Source: an uncultured Gammaproteobacteria bacterium (GTDB taxonomy: Bacteria; Pseudomonadota; Gammaproteobacteria; CAWCPV01). Taken from it: a stretch of 64,000 nucleotides of DNA. The DNA lies in the NCBI GenBank assembly GCA_963797555.1, contig CAWCPV010000009.1, positions 256,001 to 320,000 on the forward strand. Reading direction: 5' to 3'. Below the pieces are notes generated by a model. It searched no databases and was not told the DNA's origin. It saw only the letters and a list, made by a program, of their open reading frames with translations. Below are positions 30,747 through 40,337 of the stretch, piece by piece. The translations under genes were made by a program, and so were the position numbers. Every line of letters starts with the position of its first letter. Position 1 is the first letter of the stretch.

Positions 30747-33700
30747 ATGAGCAGGTCAGCCAGGGGCGTCTTTGTTCTGTTTCTCTTGGGGTTGCTGTCC
30801 GCCTGCGGCGGAGGCGGTGGTGGGAGCGGGCCGAGCGGGGGTGGTGGGTTCACGGGTCCGCTGCCCATTAAGGTCAGCATCACTGTCGACCGGGCGAGCC
30901 TGCCCGCGAACTTGGCAAATCTGCTCCCCGGATTGAGCTCTCCCTTCACCACGGAAGTGACCGTTGCCGTGCAGAACGCGGACGGCAGTGCCATCGCTAA
31001 CGGTACGCCCGTTCAGCTCACGGTTCAGGACCCGAGTGTTGGCGGGCTTACCCAGCTCGACGACCCCACAACGACCAATTTGAACGAGTTCACGGGTTGC
31101 CAAGTCAACGGTACCACCGTGGGTCCGTGCTCGCTGTTTGGAACGCTGAGCGTGAACACCGCCAGCGGGCAGGCCCAGTTCTTCTTCACCACGGCCTCCC
31201 ATCCAGGCAGCACCGAGTTGATCGCGACGGTGACGGATCCCAACAGCAACAGGCAAGTTACCGCGACGATAAACCTCACCGTTGTCTCCGGCGCCGGTAC
31301 CGGCATCCCCGGGACTATCTCTATCCTTCAGCCGACCTCTCCTCTCTACATCAAGGGTCTGAATGCGCCGGATACGGTCACGCTGGAGTTTATCGTGACG
31401 GATGCCTCCGGGCTCGCCGTGGCCGACCCACCTGAGGGAGTAAACAACGTGCGGGTTTCGTTCGTGAGCAGGCCCAACGGCGCGCTCTTGGAGGGGACCA
31501 ACGCGGCCGGCCAGTCGGTCCAGACGGGGGAGGTGGGGCCCGACCTGGGCATCAACGTGCCAACGCTTGCCGGCATTGCGTCCGTCAGCTTGCTGAGTGG
31601 CACCGAGCAGGGGATCGCCACGGTCCGGGTGACCGCGGACCGCTCAGACAACAACGTGGACAACGGCATTGCCTCGCCGGTCTCCGAGGATGTGCAGATC
31701 GCGATCTCGGACGGTCAGTTGTTCTCGCTGGAGTTTGCCCCGGCCGATGTGATCGTCGCGAATGCCGTGATCGTCGAGGGTGGGGTCGTTGTCTGCGCAA
31801 GCGGCAACTGCGCTGCGCCGCCCACCACTAATGGACAGGTCGGCGTAAGTAACGGGTCCTACTCTCAGGTCATTAGCGTCATCGCCACGGACCGTTTCGG
31901 GAACCCCGTGGTCCCCGGAACTCCCATTTCGTTCGGTCTCATCGACGGTCCCCTGGCGCCTGCCGATGTGACCGCCCAGAACTGCAGCGGTGCGGACTTC
32001 GCAATCCGGGGGACGACGGGAGATCCCCAAGAAGGAACGGTCAACTTCACCGACATTAACGGGCACTTTCTGAGCGCCGGGGGCGGCGCGCGGCACGGCG
32101 ACCTGCTGCTCTTCGACACCCCGATGGGGAGCCTTCCCTCCACCCCCGATCCGTTCAACAGCGAGGCCCTCATGAGCGGCGGCAGAGTGGTCGACACCGT
32201 AACGACGAATCAAAATCTGGCGGTCACCAACACGGGTCTTGCGCCTTTCAACGTGCCGTTCAACCCGCTCTCCAGCGGCCTGGACGGCGACTTCGGGCCC
32301 ACCACCGATCCGGGACCGGTCGTGCAGTACATCATCGGGCGTCCGACCGGCGAGAACATCCAGTCGCCGGCGTTTACCGACCTGGATCAGCCCCAGCCAA
32401 GGGAGACCAAGGGCGTAGCGTCGACCTCGATGACCTACCCGATCGTTAACACGGGCCAGCCCTTCGCCCTCGTGGCCCAGGGGACCCGGGTCGACCGAGA
32501 TCGAAACGGCAACTCCGTCCCGAAGACGGTGGGCACGATTCTGCAGGGACTGTTCGGGGCGCCCGGTCCGGGCCAGCTCACGGCCGACCCGACTTCCATC
32601 GCCGTGCAATTCACCTGCGACGACCTGAATGTCGACAACGTCTGCGATACCCCCCCAACGCCACAGAACGAAGCCGTGACGCTGGCGCTCGTCGACGCTC
32701 TGGGCAATCCCGTCGCGCACTTCTGCATCAACGGGAGCGTCACCGGCAACAGCGCCATTCTCGGCTCCGAGCCCCTCTTCTGCGCCACCGACGCTTCCGG
32801 CCGGTGCACCGTGGACTTTACCGTCAATCCCCTGAAGCCTTGCGAGCAGCCAAACCCCAGCGGTGGGCAAATCACGTGCAGCGACAACAACCAGGCGACC
32901 ATCACCTGGGTCGCCGGAGCGACGACGGCCACCGCGACCACGACCGTGACCTCGACACTGACGGTGAACCTGCCGGCGCCGCTGACCGTCGCCCCCGCCT
33001 CGCTACAGTTGACCGGCGCCCCGGGCGCCACGGTCAGTTCAGCCCTGAGCGTGAGCGGCGGGACCGCACCCTACAGCGTGAGCGTGACCGGCTCGGGCAG
33101 CGTGAGCCCGGCGAGCCTGGCGTCGCCCGGGGACGTGATTTACAGCTTCCAGATTCCGACATCGGCGACGTCCGGCCAGACCTTCACTGGGACGGTAACA
33201 GTGACGGACAATTCGGGTGGCTCGGTCGTGGTGCCGGTGACCGTCACGGCGGGTACAGGAACGGCGTTGGCCGTGTCTCCCGGCTCGCTGAACTTGACGG
33301 GTGCCTCGGGCGCCCTGGTCACTGGTACCCTGGCTGTGTCCGGCGGCTTTGCGCCTTACACCCTGACCCTGAGCGGCTCGGGCAGCGTGAGCCCGACCAG
33401 CCTGACGGCAGCAGGTTCGGCTACTTACAGCTTCACCATTCCGACCTCGGCTGCGCCCGGGCAGACCTTCAGCGCCACCATCACGGTGAAGGACAACAGC
33501 GGTGCGACCGTTGCTGTGCCGGTGCTCATCACCGTCAGCGGCACCAAGCTGTCCGTGTCGCCGGCCTCGGCGAACCCTTCTGGCGCGCCCGGTACGACCG
33601 TGAGCCAGACCCTAGCGGTGTCGGGGGGCGTCGCGCCTTACCAGATCGGCATCACGGGTTCGGGGAGCGTGAGTGCAACGACTCTGCCGGCGCCCGGGTC

Positions 33701-34127
33701 GGTGATTTACAGCTTCCTGATTCCCGCGAACGCCACGTCGGCCCAGGTGTTCAACGCCACCGTGACGGTCACCGACAGCAGCAACTCCTCGGTGACGGTT
33801 CCGATCCAGGTGAAGGTGACCCCGGCGGCCGCGCTCACGGTCACTCCACCATCGGCGACGCTGTCCGGTACGTGCGGTGCCGGCGTACAGCAGACGTTCA
33901 CTGTGTCTGGAGGCGTGCCTCCGTATACATTCAGCAACCTCGCGGGGGGCTGTGCCGATGCCACGCCGCTGACTAAGAATCCGACCAGCGCGACCTTCTC
34001 GTACGCCATACCTGACTGCACGGTCCCAGGGTCGTCCACGTGCTCAGACTCGTTCACGGTGACGGACACCGCCAGCACGGTGGTGACCGTGCCCATCACG
34101 GTCAACGGGACGGCGCCGTCGCCCTAG
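30747..34127 (+). CDS. Large Ig-like (Big_1/invasin-type) repeat lipoprotein
   Basis: AGGAGG SD, lipobox LSAC plus Gly linker, T/V/S/G-rich beta domains (DRFGNPV, DALGNPV), four ~95-aa C-terminal repeats. Confidence 0.85.
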   Translation: MSRSARGVFVLFLLGLLSACGGGGGGSGPSGGGGFTGPLPIKVSITVDRASLPANLANLLPGLSSPFTTEVTVAVQNADGSAIANGTPVQLTVQDPSVGGLTQLDDPTTTNLNEFTGCQVNGTTVGPCSLFGTLSVNTASGQAQFFFTTASHPGSTELIATVTDPNSNRQVTATINLTVVSGAGTGIPGTISILQPTSPLYIKGLNAPDTVTLEFIVTDASGLAVADPPEGVNNVRVSFVSRPNGALLEGTNAAGQSVQTGEVGPDLGINVPTLAGIASVSLLSGTEQGIATVRVTADRSDNNVDNGIASPVSEDVQIAISDGQLFSLEFAPADVIVANAVIVEGGVVVCASGNCAAPPTTNGQVGVSNGSYSQVISVIATDRFGNPVVPGTPISFGLIDGPLAPADVTAQNCSGADFAIRGTTGDPQEGTVNFTDINGHFLSAGGGARHGDLLLFDTPMGSLPSTPDPFNSEALMSGGRVVDTVTTNQNLAVTNTGLAPFNVPFNPLSSGLDGDFGPTTDPGPVVQYIIGRPTGENIQSPAFTDLDQPQPRETKGVASTSMTYPIVNTGQPFALVAQGTRVDRDRNGNSVPKTVGTILQGLFGAPGPGQLTADPTSIAVQFTCDDLNVDNVCDTPPTPQNEAVTLALVDALGNPVAHFCINGSVTGNSAILGSEPLFCATDASGRCTVDFTVNPLKPCEQPNPSGGQITCSDNNQATITWVAGATTATATTTVTSTLTVNLPAPLTVAPASLQLTGAPGATVSSALSVSGGTAPYSVSVTGSGSVSPASLASPGDVIYSFQIPTSATSGQTFTGTVTVTDNSGGSVVVPVTVTAGTGTALAVSPGSLNLTGASGALVTGTLAVSGGFAPYTLTLSGSGSVSPTSLTAAGSATYSFTIPTSAAPGQTFSATITVKDNSGATVAVPVLITVSGTKLSVSPASANPSGAPGTTVSQTLAVSGGVAPYQIGITGSGSVSATTLPAPGSVIYSFLIPANATSAQVFNATVTVTDSSNSSVTVPIQVKVTPAAALTVTPPSATLSGTCGAGVQQTFTVSGGVPPYTFSNLAGGCADATPLTKNPTSATFSYAIPDCTVPGSSTCSDSFTVTDTASTVVTVPITVNGTAPSP

Positions 34128-34620
34128 GTGGATCGCAGGGGTTGCAAGCCAAAGGCTCGCAACCCCTGCCAGGCCGTCGGGGTGAACCTGCCGCGGACGA
34201 TGGGCCGCTTGGAGTGACAGCCACTCAAGCCTGAACCACGCGTCCACTCAGCACCGCCATGTCCTGGTGCCATATCTGCCTTTCTCGCCATAAGCGGCTG
34301 TCTTAACAGGAATCGGCGCCAGTGACTGTTGAAGAATCAGTCCAACGCGGGCTCTGACGACCCGTTTCCGCTCGCGCACTTCGGCGCACTTAGGCGCTAC
34401 GCATTTACCCGTCGGTGTGGGGTGGGCACTAACGCAGTTTTGCCGGCCAGAAAAAGCTTCACCGAGGGTAACAGGGAGTGGCGGGGGGTTGGTTACGCCA
34501 TTTGCCGAGCCAGGAGACGAGAATATTTGCCCGGCCGTGGAAAAAGTCGGGCGTGTCGCTCACGCGAGCGGACGCCGTTCGGCGGCTGTAGGCGAGCGCC
34601 AGCCGTTAGGCTAGCTGCGA

Positions 34621-34781
34621 AGCTTTCGGGGCTCTACACCTTCAAGGTCGCCTGCTTTCGTGCCTACGCATCAATCCGCCCGTTGCCGGACAAACTGCCA
34701 GGCTCGATACTGGACCCGTGGCTAGCGGCTATCCAGGTGGGCTTCCCACCCACTCAAGTACGCGGCATTGCCAAGCCGCTG
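34621..34781 (-). other. Group II intron 5' (domain I) remnant
   Basis: GCGGCTTGGCAATGCCGC, GGGTGGGAAGCCCACC, AGTATCGAGCCTGGC...GGCAAC...GATGCGTAGGC, AGCCCCGAAA resemble a bacterial group II intron 5' end. No RT ORF or domain V/VI seen. Confidence 0.6.
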
Positions 34782-34999
34782 CTGACCCCACCTCTTCCGT
34801 GGGGCACTTCCCCGTGTTGTTTCGCCTCGAGGTCCGACCTCGTTAACACCGTCCAAGGGCGTCGCGTTGTCGGTCCGCATTGGCAGCACAGGGAGGAGGT
34901 GACAGCGCGCGTGTGCGGTGCGGGACGGACCGACGCTGGACTAGAGGCGAATGAGCGGGGCCGCTCGCCGACGGCCCCACGGGTTCTGACTGCAGGGCG

Positions 35000-35557
35000 C
35001 TACTGCACGTAGGCTGTGACGTTGACTACGACCTGGGTGCTCGCGCTTGGGCCGTTGGCGATGCTGAGATTGTCGTCGCAGGCGCCCGGTGGCGAGAACG
35101 CGGTACAGAGCGGCACAAAAATGCCGTTGGCGATGGCAAACACTCCCGGCTCGTAGTTGAGACTGGATGCGGTCGGCAACGGACGGTTGTATGGATAGAC
35201 GGTGAGGTGGTTGTTAAAGGCTCCGGTTGGTTCTACGGCGACGACATTGATAAACACCCCTTTGGCGTCCGGGAACGGGACGCCACAGTCGACTGCTCCA
35301 CCCTGGCCCGCAATCCGATTGCCGGTGACGTCAATGTTGATGGTCTGAGACGGGCCAAGCGGTCCCGTGTAGCTGGCAGTGGTGTCAACATCCCCGGCGC
35401 CTCCAATGCTGTTCCCGGCATTACGAGTGTCCAGGATGCGGCACGGTTCAACGGGGTAAATGCGTAACGCCTGGGCTTTCGGCCCGCCAAAGGGTGCGAG
35501 GAGTAACGGAGTCGCCAGAGCCAGCATTAGATGACGCATGTTGCTGCGATTAGGCAT
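35000..35557 (-). CDS. Secreted single-domain protein with PCRILDTR motif
   Basis: GGAGG SD and signal peptide. PVEPCRILDTR...CGVP...INVVAV...HLTVYP...SSLNY...ANG...VVVNVTAY. Confidence 0.8.
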   Translation of the reverse strand: MPNRSNMRHLMLALATPLLLAPFGGPKAQALRIYPVEPCRILDTRNAGNSIGGAGDVDTTASYTGPLGPSQTINIDVTGNRIAGQGGAVDCGVPFPDAKGVFINVVAVEPTGAFNNHLTVYPYNRPLPTASSLNYEPGVFAIANGIFVPLCTAFSPPGACDDNLSIANGPSASTQVVVNVTAYVQ

Positions 35558-35898
35558 AGCAAAACCTCCCTGATCGGTGGGCATGTCTCGTCCCAATTTC
35601 GGGACCGAGGTCTTTGGCATTTTGCGTGCACAGCGAGTGAATCGGCCGAGGCGCCGCCGGGACAATGCGGCGCGGATTGATTATAGCTCAGGGTCGGGGA
35701 GGCGGGCAGTGGCCTGCAGTTCAGACGACCAGAGCAAGCCTCACCACGGGCCCGAGGGAGTGGCCGCGTTGGCTGCGCCATTGACCGTGCGAGGAGAACG
35801 AGGGATGTTCCCTACCGACGGGGATAAAATTCAGGGCGTCTCTGGTGCCGCTCGGCGTTTGCTCAAGGTCGCCACGGCACCCTGAGTGTCCTGGGGAG

Positions 35899-35975
<77 letters not shown>

Positions 35976-36291
35976 AGAATTTTCCGGCTCTGGTGCTGCC
36001 TTCCCTGGCGAAGCGTCGGGGATCTCTTCAAGCCCCCGCCCGGGCGCTCGCCGCACTGGGAAATATTGACTGGATGCTCAGTCGCGGCTCACACAATTGA
36101 GCTACGGGCGCGATAGCGGGTAGGATACCGTCCCGGACGGTGGTCGTCCATAGCCCGTTTCACCGCCGTCCGCTTACCACTATAATCTCCCGTTTTTCGA
36201 GTGTGTTCTTCGCTGTTCCGGGCGTTGGACGCGCCCGCGTCTCGGGTGTGCGGAGCGGCGCCATTTGGGCTAACACGTTGAGGGGTGGAAA

Positions 36292-37191
36292 GTGAGCCAG
36301 CAGGACCGTGCCTTCATGGCCGTCTTCAAGGCGGTGATCATCTTCCTGGCCGCGCTGACCGTGGTCATCTTCATCTTGGCGCGTCTCATCGGGCAGAAGG
36401 AGGAAGCGAGCCAGCAGCGCGACGTCTTGTATCAGCGGGCCGTACAGGAGCGCATCAAGCCGGTCGGGGAGGTGAACCTCGGAAAGTCCGGAGAGGTGGT
36501 CGTGGGGGCCGCAGGGAAGACTGCGCCGCCCGAGGCCGCCAAGGCCGCGGCCGCCGCCGCCCAGACGCCCAAGGAGATCGTGGCAACCACCTGCGCGGCG
36601 TGCCACGCGACCGGCGTCCTGGGCGCGCCGAAGCTGGGAGACAAGGCGGCATGGGAGCCGCGCTTGGCGCAGGGCTTCGACACCTTGACTCAGCACGCGA
36701 TCCACGGCTTCAAGAATATGCCGGCTAAGGGGGGTAACGCCTCGTTGACCGACGATCAGATGAAGGGTGCCGTGACTTACATGGTAGAGAAGGCGGGTCT
36801 CGCCGCGCCGAAAGCGGCGGAATCTGCGCAGGCCGCACCGGCAGCGCCGTCCGCACCGGCAGCGCCGTCCGCGGGGTCGAGCCGTCAGCCGGCGGGCAAG
36901 ACGCCGCGCGCGCCTGCCGCCTCCACCGGACCCGATCTCGATCAAGGGAAACGCATCTACACTCAGACCTGCTTCGCCTGTCACGGAAGCGGCATCGCCG
37001 GGGCGCCCAAGCTGGGCGACGCGGCCGCCTGGAAAGGCCGTATCGAGAAGGGTATGGACGCCCTGGTGAAGCACGCCGTCCAGGGCTTCCAGGGGTCGCA
37101 GGGCGTTATGCCGCCCAAAGGCGGGAACCCGTCGTTCTCCGATCAGCAAGTCGCCGACGCCGTCGCCTACATGGTGCAGCAGGCCAAATAG
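36292..37191 (+). CDS. Membrane-anchored diheme cytochrome c5
   Basis: N-terminal TM, ERIKPVGEV, CAACH and CFACH each followed by GAPKLGD, MPxKGG. Confidence 0.92.
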   Translation: MSQQDRAFMAVFKAVIIFLAALTVVIFILARLIGQKEEASQQRDVLYQRAVQERIKPVGEVNLGKSGEVVVGAAGKTAPPEAAKAAAAAAQTPKEIVATTCAACHATGVLGAPKLGDKAAWEPRLAQGFDTLTQHAIHGFKNMPAKGGNASLTDDQMKGAVTYMVEKAGLAAPKAAESAQAAPAAPSAPAAPSAGSSRQPAGKTPRAPAASTGPDLDQGKRIYTQTCFACHGSGIAGAPKLGDAAAWKGRIEKGMDALVKHAVQGFQGSQGVMPPKGGNPSFSDQQVADAVAYMVQQAK

Positions 37192-37194
37192 GCT

Positions 37195-38715
37195 TCAGGG
37201 GCCGGGGCCGCGGTCCAGGCGGCGGTACTGAACCGCTTCCATGAGATGGGCGGCCTCGATGGTGGGCGAGTCCGCGAGGTCGGCGATGGTGCGCGCGACC
37301 TTGAGCACGCGGTGGTAGGCGCGCGCCGACAGGCGCAGCCGTTCGATCACCTGCTCCAGGAACTGTTGCTCCGGCTCCGCGAGGCGGCACAGCCTCTCGA
37401 CCTGTCTGGGCCGCAGCGCGGCGTTGGGCTGTCCAGCCCGGTCGAGCTGGCGCACGCGGGCCGCCAGCACGCGCGCCCGGACCTCAGCACTCGTCTCCCT
37501 GGCTTGGTCCCCAGTACCGGCGAGCATGTCACGCGGAACACGCGGCACCTCTACGTGCATGTCGATGCGGTCCAGGAGGGGGCCGGATAGGCGCATGCGA
37601 TAGCGTTGGACCTGCTCCGCGGTGCAGTGACAGCGCCCGCCCGTGTCGCCCAGGTAGCCGCAAGGGCATGGGTTCATGGCAGCAACGAGCTGGAAGCGCG
37701 CTGGAAATTCCGCCTGCCGCGCCGCCCTCGAGATAACGATACGGCCTGATTCCAAGGGCTCCCGGAGTACCTCCAGCACCCGCCGGTCGAATTCGGGTAG
37801 CTCGTCGAGAAACAGCACTCCATTGTGCGCGAGCGAGATCTCGCCCGGGCTGGCTTGGCTCCCGCCGCCGACGACGGCGATGGCGGAAGCCGTATGGTGC
37901 GGCGCCCGAAAGGGCGGCCGTCGCCACTGCTCCAGAGCGAAACCCAGGCTACTGACCGAGTAAACGGCGGCGGTGGCTATGGCCTCCCGCTCGGTAAGCG
38001 GTGGGAGAATCCCCGGCAATCGGCTAGCGAGCATGCTCTTTCCGGTGCCGGGCGGTCCTATCATCAACAGGCTGTGGGCACCAGCGGCGGCGATCTCCAA
38101 GGCGCGTTTAGCGTGGTGCTGACCCCTGACCTCCATCAGGTCCGCCTCCGTGTCGGTCAACTCCGGAGACATGACGGGACGCCGCACCCAAGGGTTCAGG
38201 GGCTCGCTTCCCTGGAGATGCGCGCATACCTCCAGCAGATGTCCGGCCGGCAGGACGTTCGCGCCTTCCACCAAGGCGGCCTCGTCCGCGTTTTCCCGTG
38301 GCACCACCAGTGCGCGGCCTGCCGCGCGGGTCTTGAGCGCCGCCGGCAGAATGCCGCGCACGGCGCGCAGCTCACCGGTCAGCGCCAGCTCACCAAAAAA
38401 CTCCAAACTCGAGAGGTGTTGTCCAGGCACCTGCCCCGACGCTCCAAGGATGCCGATCGCGATCGGGAGGTCGAAGCGCCCTCCTTCCTTCGGGAGATCC
38501 GCCGGCGCCAGGTTGATGGTGATGCGGCGCAGGGGGAACTCGAAGCGGGCATTCAGCAGCGCGCTGCGCACCCGGTCCTTGCTCTCCTTCACTGCCGTCT
38601 CCGGCAAGCCCACGATAGAGAGTCCCGGAAGTCCGTTGGACAGATGGGCTTCCACGACCACTTCGGGGGCACCGATGCCGGCCTGTGCCCGCGTGTAGAC
38701 GACCGCCAGGGACAC
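37195..38715 (-). CDS. comM: YifB/ComM Mg-chelatase-like AAA+ ATPase
   Basis: IVGLPETAVKES, NLAPADLPKEG, GPPGTGKS, GEISLAHNGVLFLDE. Confidence 0.95.
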   Translation of the reverse strand: MSLAVVYTRAQAGIGAPEVVVEAHLSNGLPGLSIVGLPETAVKESKDRVRSALLNARFEFPLRRITINLAPADLPKEGGRFDLPIAIGILGASGQVPGQHLSSLEFFGELALTGELRAVRGILPAALKTRAAGRALVVPRENADEAALVEGANVLPAGHLLEVCAHLQGSEPLNPWVRRPVMSPELTDTEADLMEVRGQHHAKRALEIAAAGAHSLLMIGPPGTGKSMLASRLPGILPPLTEREAIATAAVYSVSSLGFALEQWRRPPFRAPHHTASAIAVVGGGSQASPGEISLAHNGVLFLDELPEFDRRVLEVLREPLESGRIVISRAARQAEFPARFQLVAAMNPCPCGYLGDTGGRCHCTAEQVQRYRMRLSGPLLDRIDMHVEVPRVPRDMLAGTGDQARETSAEVRARVLAARVRQLDRAGQPNAALRPRQVERLCRLAEPEQQFLEQVIERLRLSARAYHRVLKVARTIADLADSPTIEAAHLMEAVQYRRLDRGPGP

Positions 38716-38719
38716 TGGC

Positions 38720-39028
38720 TCAGCCGCCCGGCGCGGTGCCCTCGGGGGGCAGGGACTCGGCATGCTCCGCAGTAGTGTTGCGCTCTACCAACGCTTGTCC
38801 CTCCAACGCCGCAACCTGTCGCTCCAATGACTCGACTTTCGCTCGGGTGCGTGCGAGGACCGCCGCCTGAATATCGAACTCTTCCCGTGTGACCAAGTCC
38901 ACGCGCGCCAGCGCATCAGCGAAGAGCGCGCGCATGTTCTTCTCCATGTCCCGTTGCAGCTCTCGGGCGCCGGCCGGGACCGTCTGGGAGACTATGCGAA
39001 CGAGATCATCCAGCAGGTTGGCGTACAT
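38720..39028 (-). CDS. ubiK: Ubiquinone biosynthesis accessory factor (BMFP family)
   Basis: DLVTREEFDIQAAVLARTRAKVESLE. Confidence 0.9.
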   Translation of the reverse strand: MYANLLDDLVRIVSQTVPAGARELQRDMEKNMRALFADALARVDLVTREEFDIQAAVLARTRAKVESLERQVAALEGQALVERNTTAEHAESLPPEGTAPGG

Positions 39029-39065
39029 CGGAGATCCTCGTGTTTTGGCGGTGTGGTCGAAGTCA

Positions 39066-39103
39066 TGCACTTTAATGGTGCATTCTGTCTCCAAACTGGT
39101 GCA
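39066..39103. promoter_or_regulatory. Two NtrC binding sites
   Basis: TGCACTTTAATGGTGCA (39066-82) and GTCTCCAAACTGGTGCA (39087-103) versus consensus TGCACCA-N3-TGGTGCA. Confidence 0.85.
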
Positions 39104-39165
39104 TCAGGGTCGGGCGCCGAGGCTGCCTGTCTCCTTGTGTCTTGTTCGCTCCACTGTGTTGTGTC

Positions 39166-39181
39166 TGGCACAGAAAGTGCA
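39166..39181 (+). promoter_or_regulatory. Sigma54 promoter of the porin-glnK-amtB operon
   Basis: TGGCACAGAAAGTGCA, GG-N10-GC, about 60-100 bp downstream of the NtrC sites. Confidence 0.85.
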
Positions 39182-39247
39182 GCGGAGCACTCGGGGCCGG
39201 CCGTAGGCGCCGTCCGGATTCCTTTAACTTGCTCTAAGGAGAAAGCT

Positions 39248-39961
39248 ATGAAACGGTTACCTGTCCTTCTCGCGGCGACCAGCATCGTCGCGAGCGCTCA
39301 CGCCGCTGAGCCCGAGTTCCAATTCCCGGTGAGCGTAGACCTGACATCCAATTACGTTTTCCGCGGAATCTCGCAAACCGACAACGGTCCGGCCATCCAG
39401 GGGAGCTTTGGGGTGACGCATAGCAGCGGACTGTACGTCGGTCTTTGGGCATCGAACGTCGACTTCAACGATAACAACCAGGCCAACTTGGAGACGGACT
39501 GGTCGGCCGGGCTGACAGGAAAGCTCGGGGGGCTCGGCTGGGATCTGGGGGCGATTTACTACTACTACCCGGGCGCTGCCAGCAGTCTGAACTACAACTA
39601 CTGGGAGATCGGTCCCAAGCTGAGCTATGACCTGGGGTTTGCCTCGACCACGTTCGGGTTCTACGCCAGCCCCAACTTTTTTGGCGACACCGGGACGGGC
39701 TGGTACCCGTACCTCGAGGCGAGCATACCGCTGCCTTTGCCTATGACGCAGAAGGTGAATCTCGGTCTGCACGTGGGTCACCAGAACGTGGAAGCCCAAA
39801 CCTTTACTAACTATACGGACTGGAGGGTGGGACTGTCCACGCAGCTGGCGGGCCTGGGCTTCGACCTCAGCTACATCGACACTAGCCTTAGCCAGAGTGA
39901 GTGCGGCAATACCACGCTCTGTGGCTCCCGCGCTGTATTTACGGTTTCGAAGAGCTTCTAG
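39248..39961 (+). CDS. TorF-family (Gcw_chp) putative porin
   Basis: TSNYVFRGISQTDNGPAIQG, GLYVGLWASNV, YYYYPG, C-terminal VSKSF. Confidence 0.9.
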   Translation: MKRLPVLLAATSIVASAHAAEPEFQFPVSVDLTSNYVFRGISQTDNGPAIQGSFGVTHSSGLYVGLWASNVDFNDNNQANLETDWSAGLTGKLGGLGWDLGAIYYYYPGAASSLNYNYWEIGPKLSYDLGFASTTFGFYASPNFFGDTGTGWYPYLEASIPLPLPMTQKVNLGLHVGHQNVEAQTFTNYTDWRVGLSTQLAGLGFDLSYIDTSLSQSECGNTTLCGSRAVFTVSKSF

Positions 39962-40315
<354 letters not shown>

Positions 40316-40337
40316 CTGGACTTCAGGAGGAATCTTG

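Noticed and set aside
34605-34611. GTTAGGC as an integron attC core site
   Set aside because: No matching RYYYAAC inverse core at a suitable distance, no cassette array and no intI.
34329-35012. 227-aa plus-strand ORF, and the ORFs in 5732-6651
   Set aside because: No recognisable domain and shadow-like composition. The 227-aa ORF runs through the intron remnant.
35615-35630. Sigma54-like TGGCATTTTGCGTGCA
   Set aside because: Points away from the adjacent gene and toward the tRNA antisense strand. No supported transcript or enhancer site.
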